Shown here piece after piece: positions 26,233-36,890 of a DNA stretch of 64,000 nt; the first letter of the stretch is position 1, and the number at the start of each line of letters is the position of its first letter. Location of the stretch: assembly GCA_037441285.1 (NCBI GenBank), contig JBBISL010000002.1:32001-96000 (forward strand). Direction: 5' to 3'. The DNA is from a candidate division WOR-3 bacterium. Its GTDB lineage: Bacteria; Hydrothermota; Tepidihabitantia; Tepidihabitantales; Tepidihabitantaceae. The notes under the pieces are model-generated. The model had not been told where the DNA came from. It was given only the letters and a program-made list of their open reading frames with translations, and made no database searches. The position numbers were made by a program, and so were the translations under genes.

Positions 26233-28742
26233 GGTTTCTTCTCCCCTCCGGTTGATGGATTAACCTCTTCTGGCGACGGGGGCAAAGCACCCGATTCGCC
26301 TTCTTCGGCTGGTGCACTGTACTGGCCGGCGCCCAGCCGTTTGTTGCAAATTTCAATATTCTTTTTCGCACTTTCCACATATTCCGAATCACTAAAAGAG
26401 TCAACAACAGTCTGGAATGCCTGTAGTGCCTGTTTGTACTCTCCGGCATTAAAGTAGGCGATGCCCATATTGAAAAACGCCCCACTGCGCTGCTCGTGCT
26501 CCGGAAAATAACTGAGAAACTTTTGATAAGCCTGAGCCGCTTCCGGCCACTGTTTCAACTGCGCATAACATTCCGCGGTCAACAACTGGGCATCACCGGC
26601 AACCCCGGAACCAGGGAAATTAACCACCGTTTTCTGCAACTCAACAATCGCCTCATCAAATCGACCGGCATCAAACAACTCTTTCCCTTTAGCATACTGA
26701 CCCTCTGCTGCCATTTCAGATTGCGGAAACCGTTCCAGAAACTGCCGCATCACAGTTGAATCTTCCTGACCCGCAAGATAATAACTCATCTCCAGACTTT
26801 TGCGAACACCAGGCACCTGGGCATCGGAAGGATACAGGTCGAGAAACTTCTGGTACTCCCGGATTGCATCAAGATACTGCCGCCGGTTGTAGTAGCACTG
26901 GGCGATTAGCGCCTGAGAAGCGGGCGCGAATTGCGAAAACGGATACTTCTCGATTACAAAACTAAAAGCGGCAAGCGCCTTGTCGTACTCCAGCGCCTTG
27001 AAATAGGTATCCCCGGTTCGAAAGGCAGCTTCAGCAACCTTGAGATTGTTCAAGGGAAACCGATTCATCAAAGTCGTCCAGGCGTCAACCGCCTGACCGT
27101 AATACTTCAACTGATAATAACAGTAACCAGCGTAGAAATAGCCCGGCACCGCGGCCAGTGAATCATCGGGAAATGTATTGGTCAAAGCCTCAAAAACATC
27201 TAACGCCTTCAAATACTCGCCCTGATTAAAGAGACAGTAACCGTAACCCAGATAGGCGCTTACCGTGAATAAAGTGTCGCTCAACCGGGCGTTCAACAAC
27301 CCCTTAAAACCGGAAAGTGCCTCATTCAGTCTGCCCAGGTGATAAAGTGTGTAACAGCGCCCCAGTCGGGCATAAGGGGCAATTTCGGCACCGGCCGGAT
27401 GGTTGAACGCCCGCTGGTAGTAGTCATCCGCCTCACTGTACTTCTGGGTATAGTAGAAACCCTCCGCAAGTGAGTACAAAATCCGCGGCCGCCAGTCCGA
27501 TTTTTCATCCGGATAATCGGCAAGATACTTCGTTCCCAAAGCAACACAGTTGTCAAATCGGCCACTTGAATTGAGTGCCATCAACAGCATCGCGGCTGCT
27601 GGCTCGCGTAATGCGGTCCCGGAATAGTTAACAAGGATATTTTCAAACTGTTCGGCGGCACTGCGATAATCTCCCAGTTGATAATAAATCACACCTGATA
27701 GATAGTTCCCTACACCCGAGAGCGCGCCTGTTGTAAACATCCGGCTCAACTGACTGGTTGCGAGAAGTGTTTGTGCGGTATCAGCCGTTGCCAGCATCGC
27801 CGCTGCCAGTTGCAGATGGGCATAACTGGAAACCATGGTCCGTGGGTAGTTGGACCGTACCCGCTGGAATCGTTCAACCGCCTCCTGAGCGTTACCCAGC
27901 GCCAATTGAGCATAGCCAATAAAGTAGTTGGCATGAGCCGCAAGGAAATTGTTGCTGGAACGGGTCAGGGGCATAAGGTGGTCAATTGCCGTGGCGTACT
28001 GTTTTTGAGCAATCAAAGCACACCCTAAAAAATAATGAGCAAAATCGGCTAAAGGCGAAAAAGAAAACTGGTCAAGGAAAAATTGAAACTTCGCTCGGGC
28101 ACCATCGTAGTCCCGATTGATAAACAACGCCAATCCAGCGTTGAAATGCGCCATCAACGCCAGAGGTGTGTTAGGCACCGCATCGGTCACCTCTTTGAAT
28201 TTAACCAGCGCCCGCATCGGGTTTCCCAGCTGAGCATAACATTTCCCAAGATAAAACTTTGCTTCGGGCATCTCGAGCCCATCAAGATTAGCCCTTGCCT
28301 GTTCATAAGAGCGCTGAAAATAATAGAGTACCCCCAGGGCAAAATTGGTCCGGGGGTCGGCATTGTACCCCGGTTCCTTTGCCAGCTTTTCTAATATCAC
28401 CTGCGCCTGTCGATAGTTGCCCATGATAATGTAGCACAAACTCGCACCATACATCGCTTCCGGCTTGATATACGAATAACGGGGCTTTTCCAGCAAACTC
28501 TGAAACAACTTCAATGCCCGTGCGTATTCCCCCTGATTGAAATAACACTCTCCCAGTGCAAAATTAAGTTCATCGCCAAATTCACTCGCCCCGAACTCCC
28601 GCACCAGGCGGTTCAGTCCTTTAATCGCATCTTGATAGTTGTGGGCTTCAATCAATGTCTGAACCCGATTATACTCCCGGGCTAACTCGCGGGTCTGTTG
28701 TGGGCTTAAAACTCCCCAGATAAGCAGTAACAGTATCGACAT
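26229..28742 (-). CDS. Large periplasmic TPR protein
   Basis: Signal peptide; many BamD/CpoB-like TPRs (A.Y..G..Y...F...P.S). Confidence 0.85.
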   Translation of the reverse strand: MSILLLLIWGVLSPQQTRELAREYNRVQTLIEAHNYQDAIKGLNRLVREFGASEFGDELNFALGECYFNQGEYARALKLFQSLLEKPRYSYIKPEAMYGASLCYIIMGNYRQAQVILEKLAKEPGYNADPRTNFALGVLYYFQRSYEQARANLDGLEMPEAKFYLGKCYAQLGNPMRALVKFKEVTDAVPNTPLALMAHFNAGLALFINRDYDGARAKFQFFLDQFSFSPLADFAHYFLGCALIAQKQYATAIDHLMPLTRSSNNFLAAHANYFIGYAQLALGNAQEAVERFQRVRSNYPRTMVSSYAHLQLAAAMLATADTAQTLLATSQLSRMFTTGALSGVGNYLSGVIYYQLGDYRSAAEQFENILVNYSGTALREPAAAMLLMALNSSGRFDNCVALGTKYLADYPDEKSDWRPRILYSLAEGFYYTQKYSEADDYYQRAFNHPAGAEIAPYARLGRCYTLYHLGRLNEALSGFKGLLNARLSDTLFTVSAYLGYGYCLFNQGEYLKALDVFEALTNTFPDDSLAAVPGYFYAGYCYYQLKYYGQAVDAWTTLMNRFPLNNLKVAEAAFRTGDTYFKALEYDKALAAFSFVIEKYPFSQFAPASQALIAQCYYNRRQYLDAIREYQKFLDLYPSDAQVPGVRKSLEMSYYLAGQEDSTVMRQFLERFPQSEMAAEGQYAKGKELFDAGRFDEAIVELQKTVVNFPGSGVAGDAQLLTAECYAQLKQWPEAAQAYQKFLSYFPEHEQRSGAFFNMGIAYFNAGEYKQALQAFQTVVDSFSDSEYVESAKKNIEICNKRLGAGQYSAPAEEGESGALPPSPEEVNPSTGGEKKP

Positions 28743-28744
28743 TC

Positions 28745-30058
28745 TTACTCGCCCGGTTTAATTTCAATCTTTCCCTGCGGACCCCGGGTTTTTACCGTCG
28801 TAAGAAAACCAGAAAAACTCAACGACGAATTACGCTGGTCAACAACCACAATGTCGTAGTAGTACTTACCGTCAGAAACCAATCGACCCACATCATCCAG
28901 ACCATCCCACCACATCCGCGGTGGTGGTGCATCCCAACCACTATAACTCCTCACCACCTCACCAAAACTGTTCTTAATCATAATCTGCCAGCGCTTCACC
29001 GGTGCCCGAGAAACAGTCCTGATGTCCATCCACAACACATTGTTCTTATCTTCGGGTGTTGGAGCAAAAAGTTTTGGTTGAGCATCAATCCAGACCCGAA
29101 AGCCCGAAAAGTCCACAAATATTCCTATCTTATGAGTAGGTGCCAGCCGGAATTGTGATTGGTGGTGCAACAAAAACGCATAATCGACACCTAACCCCAT
29201 CTTGCCCCAAGCCTGGTGAATTCCCAGACCCAGACTTATTTCATTGGGGTCAATACCGATGCGCTGCACAATCACATCGGGTACAATATGAAATTCCACC
29301 CCTCCATGCGGGGTCAAATCCAGTTTTAACCGGTCGGTGGGATTATTAGTGCTCTCATCAATCTCCCGCAGTAAGGGCGAAGTCACATCAGCCGTTATCA
29401 CCGCTCGACCATCAAGTAAGTGTGCCGCCGCACCCAACCGAAATGTCCGCGGATACCGGTCGGAAAGCGTGTACAAAGTCAAAACCGGTTCAATTACATT
29501 CTGCACCACAAGACCGAAACTGAAAATCTTCCCGGCTCTTGCCAAAACCCCAAAGTCAGCACCAATCCCTACATCAGCAAATTGTGCCAGATTTTTTGTT
29601 ATCAGTTTTGCGGTTCCCCCTACACCCAGAAAACTGAACGGGTTGTAGGCATAAGAAACAAGATAGGCATTCTCGGCAAACAGGGTTGGTTGGTACTGCC
29701 AGTTCTCCGGCGTTCGCGAATCAAGCCCTTCGGCACCGTAATTCAAAATACTGACACCAAATGTCCCAAACTCTTTTGTTGGCATCGTATAGGCGATATA
29801 CTCCATGCGCGCTCCGTAAAGTTGAGAATGGGCAACAAGGACCTCGTGCGTGTTTAACTGAAACAGCCCCCCGGGATTAAAGTAAACCGCCTGAGCATCA
29901 TCCGCAACCGCTGCAAAAGCCTTGCCCATTCCCAGACTCCGCGGTCCCGCCCCATAATTGAGGAATGCCCCGGGCAAACCACCTTCACCAGCAACAACAG
30001 TTTGAACAATCGCGCTCAAAAGTAAAAACCAAGCCCACACCACCCTGTTTTTTACCAT
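28745..30058 (-). CDS. PorV/PorQ (UPF0164) family beta-barrel with C-terminal FlgD-like Ig domain
   Basis: AFLNYGAGPRSLGMGKAF.A.ADDA.AVYFNPGGL; VDYA; C-terminal W..MIKNSFGEVVR...WWDGLDD.GRLV.DG.Y. Confidence 0.8.
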   Translation of the reverse strand: MVKNRVVWAWFLLLSAIVQTVVAGEGGLPGAFLNYGAGPRSLGMGKAFAAVADDAQAVYFNPGGLFQLNTHEVLVAHSQLYGARMEYIAYTMPTKEFGTFGVSILNYGAEGLDSRTPENWQYQPTLFAENAYLVSYAYNPFSFLGVGGTAKLITKNLAQFADVGIGADFGVLARAGKIFSFGLVVQNVIEPVLTLYTLSDRYPRTFRLGAAAHLLDGRAVITADVTSPLLREIDESTNNPTDRLKLDLTPHGGVEFHIVPDVIVQRIGIDPNEISLGLGIHQAWGKMGLGVDYAFLLHHQSQFRLAPTHKIGIFVDFSGFRVWIDAQPKLFAPTPEDKNNVLWMDIRTVSRAPVKRWQIMIKNSFGEVVRSYSGWDAPPPRMWWDGLDDVGRLVSDGKYYYDIVVVDQRNSSLSFSGFLTTVKTRGPQGKIEIKPGE

Positions 30059-31704
30059 ACCACTCCTAAACGGTAGGTACTCCGAAACACCGTGCCAGTA
30101 TGAAGCTGCCCAATCACCTGCACAACATATACACCCGAAGCAACTCGCCGTCCGTTACGATTCCTCCCATTCCACATCAGCCGGTTGATTCCTGCCCGCG
30201 CTCCTGGTTCTCCAGCCGCAAAACGCCAGTCAACTACTTCGTTGCCAAATGGGTCAAATATCCGCACATCAACCGCACCGGAACGGTTGAGATAATACAC
30301 AATCTCCGCCGCATCCCGGTTGAAACCAAAAGGATTGGGAAAGGCAACAATTTTACCCAGCATCACCGCGCTGTCCGGGATGTCTACATATATCCCAATT
30401 AGCGACTCAACCGCACCGGAGATAATCCTGATGGTGTCAAATTCGGCAAAACGCGCCCGGGTACAGAGAAAACGGGCAACCGCAATACCTGATGTATCGG
30501 TGAGCAACGCCTCATCAAGCATATCACCATTTCCCTTTACTGCCGAAAACCGGCAGACCGTGGCGGTGATTGGCTGTTGATTTGCATCCCGCACTACCAC
30601 CCGGATAAGAGCGGTCTCACCCGCTACCACCGTATCCGGCGCCGCAATCTCTAAACTTCTCCCCCGGGCTTTGATATCCAGTCGTGAGCGGTAAGACTCA
30701 TTCCCTCCGGTGATATCGTAAACCCATAAGTTCTGATTAGGACCCGCTGTATTAAATTGAACAAGAAAATTCACACTATCAACCAGCGTTGTCTCCGAAG
30801 GAAAGAACTCGATGGGAAATTCGGAGTTCAACTTCACCCGTACTCCGCCTCCCCCAACAATATTCCAGCAACGGTCACACGGATAGACCGAAACTTGAAA
30901 TGGCTCTCGGACATACTGAGGCAAAGGTTCTTCAGATTTACCAGGGGTCATCCAATCCAGAGATGTTGTATCACCGGGTAATGGAACCTCTCCGGGAAGA
31001 ATTAAAAGCAGCCGCTCAAATACCCCGGCAAGCACCTCGAACAAAGACGAAGTGTCAGGCACAAACGGTTGTCCGTTAGCAGGCAAACAATAAATATGAT
31101 GGAAACCGGCCCGTCGGAAAATCGCGGTAAACCGACTACTACCATCCTGTATCTCACCACCTGCCGGCAAAATCGCAAAGTTATCACTCCCCGCAAAATA
31201 TACACTGTCGGTTCGAAAACGTACCGGATTACACCAAACATCAGTTAGATAAACTGTAAAGTTAAAACTGTCACCTGCTGTTTGACTATTCGGCGGACCC
31301 AGCCTTCCCTCCCGGGTTCCCGGACTCAATTGCTGTCCTGGTAACACAGTAACAAACCGCCGTGGCGGTCCGGAAACCACCTGGAAAACATTACTGCTGC
31401 TGGTCACACGGCCCGAATCATCGGTACAGCGAATCTGTAAACTCTCTGCAATTGTAACCATCACCTTACCACTCCACACCCCGTTACGGAACGGCCCGAT
31501 TACATTGGGATAGATGTAACTTGCCCCCCGGGTTGTTGAAAGGAATGCGGGCCGATTGTAATCGTAAATGCCACCATAGGGGTCCCGGGCGATTATCGCC
31601 ACTTCAAATGAATCACCAGCATACTGGGGACTTGTTATCGGGGTAAAATCAAAGCGATATAACTGGGCGACCAAGAGTAACCCTAGCGCCGCGCTCATTA
31701 GCAC
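30052..31704 (-). CDS. Secreted multi-Ig (Big_1-like) protein with C-terminal FlgD/T9SS-like sorting domain
   Basis: Repeated Ig modules (LPG....PG...G....P..Q..G..F...VY..D..N); C-terminal FPNPF...IFD.FG..V...WNGRN..GRRVASGVY; start GTG 31704 or ATG 31698 (track start is the -35 box). Confidence 0.72.
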   Translation of the reverse strand: MLMSAALGLLLVAQLYRFDFTPITSPQYAGDSFEVAIIARDPYGGIYDYNRPAFLSTTRGASYIYPNVIGPFRNGVWSGKVMVTIAESLQIRCTDDSGRVTSSSNVFQVVSGPPRRFVTVLPGQQLSPGTREGRLGPPNSQTAGDSFNFTVYLTDVWCNPVRFRTDSVYFAGSDNFAILPAGGEIQDGSSRFTAIFRRAGFHHIYCLPANGQPFVPDTSSLFEVLAGVFERLLLILPGEVPLPGDTTSLDWMTPGKSEEPLPQYVREPFQVSVYPCDRCWNIVGGGGVRVKLNSEFPIEFFPSETTLVDSVNFLVQFNTAGPNQNLWVYDITGGNESYRSRLDIKARGRSLEIAAPDTVVAGETALIRVVVRDANQQPITATVCRFSAVKGNGDMLDEALLTDTSGIAVARFLCTRARFAEFDTIRIISGAVESLIGIYVDIPDSAVMLGKIVAFPNPFGFNRDAAEIVYYLNRSGAVDVRIFDPFGNEVVDWRFAAGEPGARAGINRLMWNGRNRNGRRVASGVYVVQVIGQLHTGTVFRSTYRLGVVW

Positions 31705-31800
31705 ATCTAATTTTAACCATCTTAATAAACCTGTCAAATAAAATAATCATATCCTAATCAATCATTCCCCTATGAAATTAACAGGAAATATTTGCACAAT

Positions 31801-31828
31801 TTGACACGAGCGGTAATAAGGTTATAAC
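31801..31828 (+). promoter_or_regulatory. sigma70-type promoter of dnaE (leaderless geometry)
   Basis: TTGACA-16-TATAAC, ATG 7 nt downstream, no SD. Confidence 0.7.
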
Positions 31829-31835
31829 AGTCTAA

Positions 31836-34800
31836 ATGAGAGAAAGACAGAAAGCAGACTTTGTCCATCTCCATAACCATTCTGAGTACAGTCTGCTGGA
31901 CGGAGCAACGCGCATTGAAGAGATGGTACAACTGGCAAAGGAAATGGGGATGGAGGCGGTGGCACTAACTGACCACGGCGGTATGTTTGGAGTTATAAAA
32001 TTTTACCAGGCAGCGCAACGGGCGGGCGTGAAACCGATTATCGGGGCCGAGGTTTACATTGCGCCTCGCCACCGACAAGAAAAAGAGCATCACATCGATG
32101 TTCCGGAGGCAAGTTTTCATCTTACTCTCCTTTGCGCGAACGAAACCGGCTATCGCAACTTAATCAAACTTGTGTCACTGGGTTATCTCGAAGGCTTTTA
32201 TTATAAACCACGCGTCGATAAAGAACTTTTGGCAAAATACCATTCAGGACTAATTGCCCTATCCGGTTGTTTGAAAGGTGAGGTCAACTGGTATCTGTTG
32301 CAGCAGGATATTGATTCGGCAATGCGCGCTGCCGCCAGTTACCAGGAAATCTTTGGGCGGGAAAACTTCTATCTTGAAGTAATGCGCACCGGCCTCCCCG
32401 AACAAGAAAAGATTATACCGGACATCGTGGACATAAGCCGCGCTCTGGACATCCCGATTGTCGCAACCAATGATTGCCACTACCTGAAACCTGAAGATGC
32501 CCGGGCGCAGGATGTTCTGGTGTGTTTGCAGACGAACAAGAGGCTAAAAGACAAGGAGCGACTGCGCCTCGCGGGCAACGGATTCTATTTCCGCAGTGGC
32601 GCCGAAATGCTCGAACTCTTCAAAGACCTACCCGAGGCAGTTTCCAACACCAGGGCAGTGGCGGAAAAGTGTGAGTGCGTACTCAATCTTGAAAACCGAC
32701 AATTCCACCTACCCGCATTCAAGCCTCCAGCTGAGTTCGAAGATGAGTTTCGCTATCTTATCCATCTGGTCAATGAAGGGGTACGGCAACGCTATCGCAC
32801 TCCAACACCGCAAATTGAAGAGCGGCTAAAATCCGAACTGGAAGTTATTAACCGGATGGGCTTTGCCGGCTACTTTTTAATAGTCCACGACATTGTCCAT
32901 TTTGCCAAAATGAAAGGAATTCGTGTCGGACCCGGTCGCGGTTCGGCTGGAGGCTCACTCGTTCTTTACTGCCTCGGTGTTACCGAAATTGACCCATTGA
33001 AATTTGGCCTGCTCTTTGAGCGGTTTTTAAACCCCGAACGAATAACTTTACCCGATGTCGATATCGACTTTGCTGATAGCCGGCGCCAAGAGGTAATTGA
33101 TTACATCCGTTCTCGCTATGGAGAAGATTCGGTTACTCAGATTATAACCTTTGGTACTCTAGGCTCCCGAGCGGTAATCCGTGATGTCGGCCGGGTTCTC
33201 GATATCCCGATTGCCGAAGTCGACCCCATCGCCAAGCAAATTCCACCGGGCAGTGAACTCGCCACCGCTCTAAAAGAGGTTCCCGAACTCCAGTTTCTCA
33301 TCCGCTCTAAACCTGAGTACCAGCAAATGTGGGAAATCGCCTTAAAACTCGAAGGTTTGTGTCGTCACGCTTCAGTCCATGCCTCCGCGGTCGTAATTAC
33401 CCCGCGCCCCCTTCTTGAACTTATCCCGCTTTATAAAGTGCCCGGCGGTGAAACCTGCACCCAGTACGATATGTATACCCTGGATGACATCGGCATCCTC
33501 AAGATGGACATACTCGGTCTGAGGACCCTTACCGTAATTGACGAAGCGGAAAAACTGATACAACAACACACCCCGGGATTCCGCATCGAGAACCTGGACT
33601 ATTCGGACCGGCGCACCTATGAACTTTTACAGCGGGGGGAAACAGTAGGGTTATTCCAGCTGGAATCAGCCGGGATGCGCGACCTGTGTAAACGGAGCCG
33701 ACCGGAAAAACTGGAGCATATAATTGACCTAATCGCCTTGTTCCGTCCCGGACCGATGGATTTGATCCCTGAATATATCGAACGAAAAAAAGAGCCCGCC
33801 AAAATCAAGTACGACCATCCAGACCTTGAAGAATTCTGTAAGGACACCTACGGTATTATCATCTATCAGGAGCAGGTAATGCAAGCGGCACAGGCACTTG
33901 CCGGCTACACTCTGGGACAAGCCGATATTCTGCGCCGCGCTATGGGCAAGAAAAAACCGGCGGAAATGGCAGCACAGCGCGAAACATTTATTGCCGGGTG
34001 TGAAAAGAAAACCAGACTCTCCCGCGAACGCGCCCAGGCGATATTTGACCTGCTGGAGAAGTTCGCCGGCTACGGGTTTAACAAATCCCATGCTACTGGT
34101 TATGCCTGCCTTTCCTACATCACCGCCTACCTCAAAGCCAACTATCCTAAGGAGTTCATCGCCGCATCATTGACCAGCGAACTGGGTGACACTGACAAAC
34201 TGGCAAAGTTCATCAGCGAAGCACGGCGCATGGGTATAAAGGTACTGGGCCCTGATATTAACCACAGCGCCGCGCAATTTACAATTGAAAAGGATGGTGT
34301 GCGCTATGGTCTTGCCGGTGTGAAAAATGTTGGTATTAATGCCGCTGAGATAATCGTTGCTGAACGGCAGGAAAAAGGACCTTACGAAAATTTGCTTGAC
34401 TTTCTCGTCCGCACCCGGGGCAAGGTCAATCGCAAAGCGGTCGAATCGTTGATCAAAGCCGGCGCCTTTGACACCTTCAACCCCAATCGTACCCAGCTCC
34501 TCGCCGAACTGGAACCGTTAATGACCAAGGCGGCTTCTGAAAAACTACTGCTTTACGAGCGACAGTTTCAACTCTTTGGTCCAGCCCAGGTAGAAAGCAC
34601 CCCACCTTCGGAAACGGAGAAGATTACACCAACCACTGATATCATAAACTATGAAAAGGAGTCCTTCGGTTTTTACTTTTCGTCCCACCCGCTCGAACAC
34701 TACCGATTGGAATACAACGCCCTTACGCTCACTCCCATCGCCGAACTGGAAAACCTTGAGGAAGGAAAGCCGGTGGCAATTGGTGGTATTATCTCCAGCC

Positions 34801-35336
34801 GCAAGGTTCGCAAAGACCGCCGGGAACGGGACTATTTCATCCTCACGATAGAGGATTTCAACTCCACCATTGAGGTAATGGTGTTTAACAATGTACTGGA
34901 AACCTGCCGCGAATTACTCAAACCGGACAGTATGGTCATCGTTCAGGGCAAGGTTAAAATGCGTGCCGGCGGCGACAACTCGACAACCAGCGGCATTCCC
35001 CAGTTGTGGGCAGACAGTATTTACCCTTTCGACCGTGCCTATGAATTTATCAGGAAAATCGTTCTCGAACTGTTCGAAACAGAACTGGATGACAGCTTAA
35101 TTGCAAAAATCCGGGAAACCCTTAGTGCCTTCCCCGGTGAAACACCAGTCGTGCTGCATCTTACTAAATCTGATAATGAAAAAAGGCGCCTGTTGTTAAA
35201 AAAGTACCCGGTACGGCTTGAACCAAAACTCATTGCCGCGCTTACCAGTATTGTCGGCCCCGACCGGGTGAAATTAATTGGCAACCTTCCCCAATTAGAA
35301 ACCCGCGATTACCCGGGTACCGGGAAACGGCGTTAA
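31836..35336 (+). CDS. dnaE: DNA polymerase III alpha subunit
   Basis: PHP HLHNHSEYSLLDG, LTDHG, TNDCH; GPGRGS, PDVDIDF, KMDILGL, GFNKSH; OB fold; no intein apparent. Confidence 0.98.
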   Translation: MRERQKADFVHLHNHSEYSLLDGATRIEEMVQLAKEMGMEAVALTDHGGMFGVIKFYQAAQRAGVKPIIGAEVYIAPRHRQEKEHHIDVPEASFHLTLLCANETGYRNLIKLVSLGYLEGFYYKPRVDKELLAKYHSGLIALSGCLKGEVNWYLLQQDIDSAMRAAASYQEIFGRENFYLEVMRTGLPEQEKIIPDIVDISRALDIPIVATNDCHYLKPEDARAQDVLVCLQTNKRLKDKERLRLAGNGFYFRSGAEMLELFKDLPEAVSNTRAVAEKCECVLNLENRQFHLPAFKPPAEFEDEFRYLIHLVNEGVRQRYRTPTPQIEERLKSELEVINRMGFAGYFLIVHDIVHFAKMKGIRVGPGRGSAGGSLVLYCLGVTEIDPLKFGLLFERFLNPERITLPDVDIDFADSRRQEVIDYIRSRYGEDSVTQIITFGTLGSRAVIRDVGRVLDIPIAEVDPIAKQIPPGSELATALKEVPELQFLIRSKPEYQQMWEIALKLEGLCRHASVHASAVVITPRPLLELIPLYKVPGGETCTQYDMYTLDDIGILKMDILGLRTLTVIDEAEKLIQQHTPGFRIENLDYSDRRTYELLQRGETVGLFQLESAGMRDLCKRSRPEKLEHIIDLIALFRPGPMDLIPEYIERKKEPAKIKYDHPDLEEFCKDTYGIIIYQEQVMQAAQALAGYTLGQADILRRAMGKKKPAEMAAQRETFIAGCEKKTRLSRERAQAIFDLLEKFAGYGFNKSHATGYACLSYITAYLKANYPKEFIAASLTSELGDTDKLAKFISEARRMGIKVLGPDINHSAAQFTIEKDGVRYGLAGVKNVGINAAEIIVAERQEKGPYENLLDFLVRTRGKVNRKAVESLIKAGAFDTFNPNRTQLLAELEPLMTKAASEKLLLYERQFQLFGPAQVESTPPSETEKITPTTDIINYEKESFGFYFSSHPLEHYRLEYNALTLTPIAELENLEEGKPVAIGGIISSRKVRKDRRERDYFILTIEDFNSTIEVMVFNNVLETCRELLKPDSMVIVQGKVKMRAGGDNSTTSGIPQLWADSIYPFDRAYEFIRKIVLELFETELDDSLIAKIRETLSAFPGETPVVLHLTKSDNEKRRLLLKKYPVRLEPKLIAALTSIVGPDRVKLIGNLPQLETRDYPGTGKRR

Positions 35337-35345
35337 GCTACCGTT

Positions 35346-36287
35346 TCAATCAAAAGTTAAAGACTCCAGTCTTCTTATCCGCTCGCTCAGCGGTGGATGT
35401 GAAGCAAATAGACTTACCCTTTCGGTTTTATCGTTCCCAAATGGATTGGCGGTAAACATATGAGCCGTGGCATTGGAAGCGGTCGCCAATTTGCCTGACC
35501 ATATACCAATCTTCCGCAGCGCTCGCGCCAGTCCTGATGGATTGCGCACAATGTAGGCGCCCGAGGCATCGGCAAGAAACTCCCGTTGCCGCGATATCGC
35601 CGCGCGGATTAGCGCCACGAGAAGCGGTGCCACAATCGTCAGAATCAACGCTATTATCAAAAGTATCACCCCACCCTGACTACCACCGCGGGAACGTGAT
35701 TCGCGGCGCCTGCTTCCGCTGGCAAAAAAACTCCAGCGTAAAAAGATATCCCGGAAAAGAATTATCAAACCACCGATAATCGCCGCTACCGTCATCAGGA
35801 GAATGTCATAGTTACGGATATGAGCAACTTCGTGGGCGATAACACCCTGCAGCTCCTCGCGGTCCATCATCTCCAGCAACCCTCGAGTTACCGCCACCGC
35901 CGCATGCTTCGGGTTCCGACCAGTGGCAAAGGCGTTCGGGGCATCGTCATCAATTACATAAACTAGCGGTTTCGGAATCCCTGCTGCCAGTGCCACCTCC
36001 TCCACAACATTGTGCAACAGATAAAACTCCTCCTCGGGTGCAGGCTGGGCACGATTCACCGCCAGCGCCACTTTATCGGAGTTAAAATAAAAGACCAGAT
36101 TGTAAACTACAATAAACAGACCAAACAGGATGTAGTACTCCAGCCCCCAGTCGAAAAAATAGCCCAGCAAATACCCGACAAACCCTAACAAAAGCGAAAA
36201 CAGCAGAATGAAAACTGCGGTGCCTAACTTATTACGGCTGATTAAATTGTACAGGTTTTCCCGCCGCCCTTTCCTTTCTTCGTTCAT
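35346..36287 (-). CDS. htpX: M48 zinc metalloprotease HtpX
   Basis: PNAFATG, AHEVAH, SRQREFLADA, FASHPP. Confidence 0.93.
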   Translation of the reverse strand: MNEERKGRRENLYNLISRNKLGTAVFILLFSLLLGFVGYLLGYFFDWGLEYYILFGLFIVVYNLVFYFNSDKVALAVNRAQPAPEEEFYLLHNVVEEVALAAGIPKPLVYVIDDDAPNAFATGRNPKHAAVAVTRGLLEMMDREELQGVIAHEVAHIRNYDILLMTVAAIIGGLIILFRDIFLRWSFFASGSRRRESRSRGGSQGGVILLIIALILTIVAPLLVALIRAAISRQREFLADASGAYIVRNPSGLARALRKIGIWSGKLATASNATAHMFTANPFGNDKTERVSLFASHPPLSERIRRLESLTFD

Positions 36288-36296
36288 CGTTAACGG

Positions 36297-36845
36297 TTAA
36301 AACTGTACTTTAGGTGCCTCGCGTTCCGCCTCGGGCACTGTGTAAAATTCCGCCAGTTTAAAACCAAACATGCCCGCAATGATACTTGAAGGGAACATCT
36401 GCACCCGGTTGTTGTAATCCATAACCACATCGTTGTAAAACTGTCGGGCAAAGGAGATTTTGTTCTCGGTATGGGCGAGCTCCTCCTGAAGTCTCAGAAA
36501 ATTTTGATTTGCCTTCAGGTCCGGATAGTTTTCCACAACTGCGAACAGTGTCTTGAGCGTTTCGCTCAGCTGGTTGTTTGCCTTTGCCGCCTCCGCTGGA
36601 CCCTTAGCACCAATCGCCTGTTGCCGGGCTTCGGCAATCTCTTCAAAGATTACCCGCTCATGAGCCGCATATCCTTTGACCGTTTCCACCAGATTGGGAA
36701 TCAGGTCGATGCGCCGTTTTAACTGGACATCAATCTGATGCCAGCCGTTCTGAACCCGATTCCGGCTCCGCACCAGCATATTGTAGGTGCCGATAAAAAA
36801 CAAAACCAGAAGACCAACAACAACCGCTATTATTATTCCGATCAT
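36297..36845 (-). CDS. lemA: LemA family protein
   Basis: IDVQLKRRIDLIPNLVETVKGYAAHE, ENYPDLKAN, RQFYND. Confidence 0.96.
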   Translation of the reverse strand: MIGIIIAVVVGLLVLFFIGTYNMLVRSRNRVQNGWHQIDVQLKRRIDLIPNLVETVKGYAAHERVIFEEIAEARQQAIGAKGPAEAAKANNQLSETLKTLFAVVENYPDLKANQNFLRLQEELAHTENKISFARQFYNDVVMDYNNRVQMFPSSIIAGMFGFKLAEFYTVPEAEREAPKVQF

Positions 36846-36890
36846 AAATCACCTCTTTCTCTCCCTGCTAACCACAGGGAATTTATCGGT

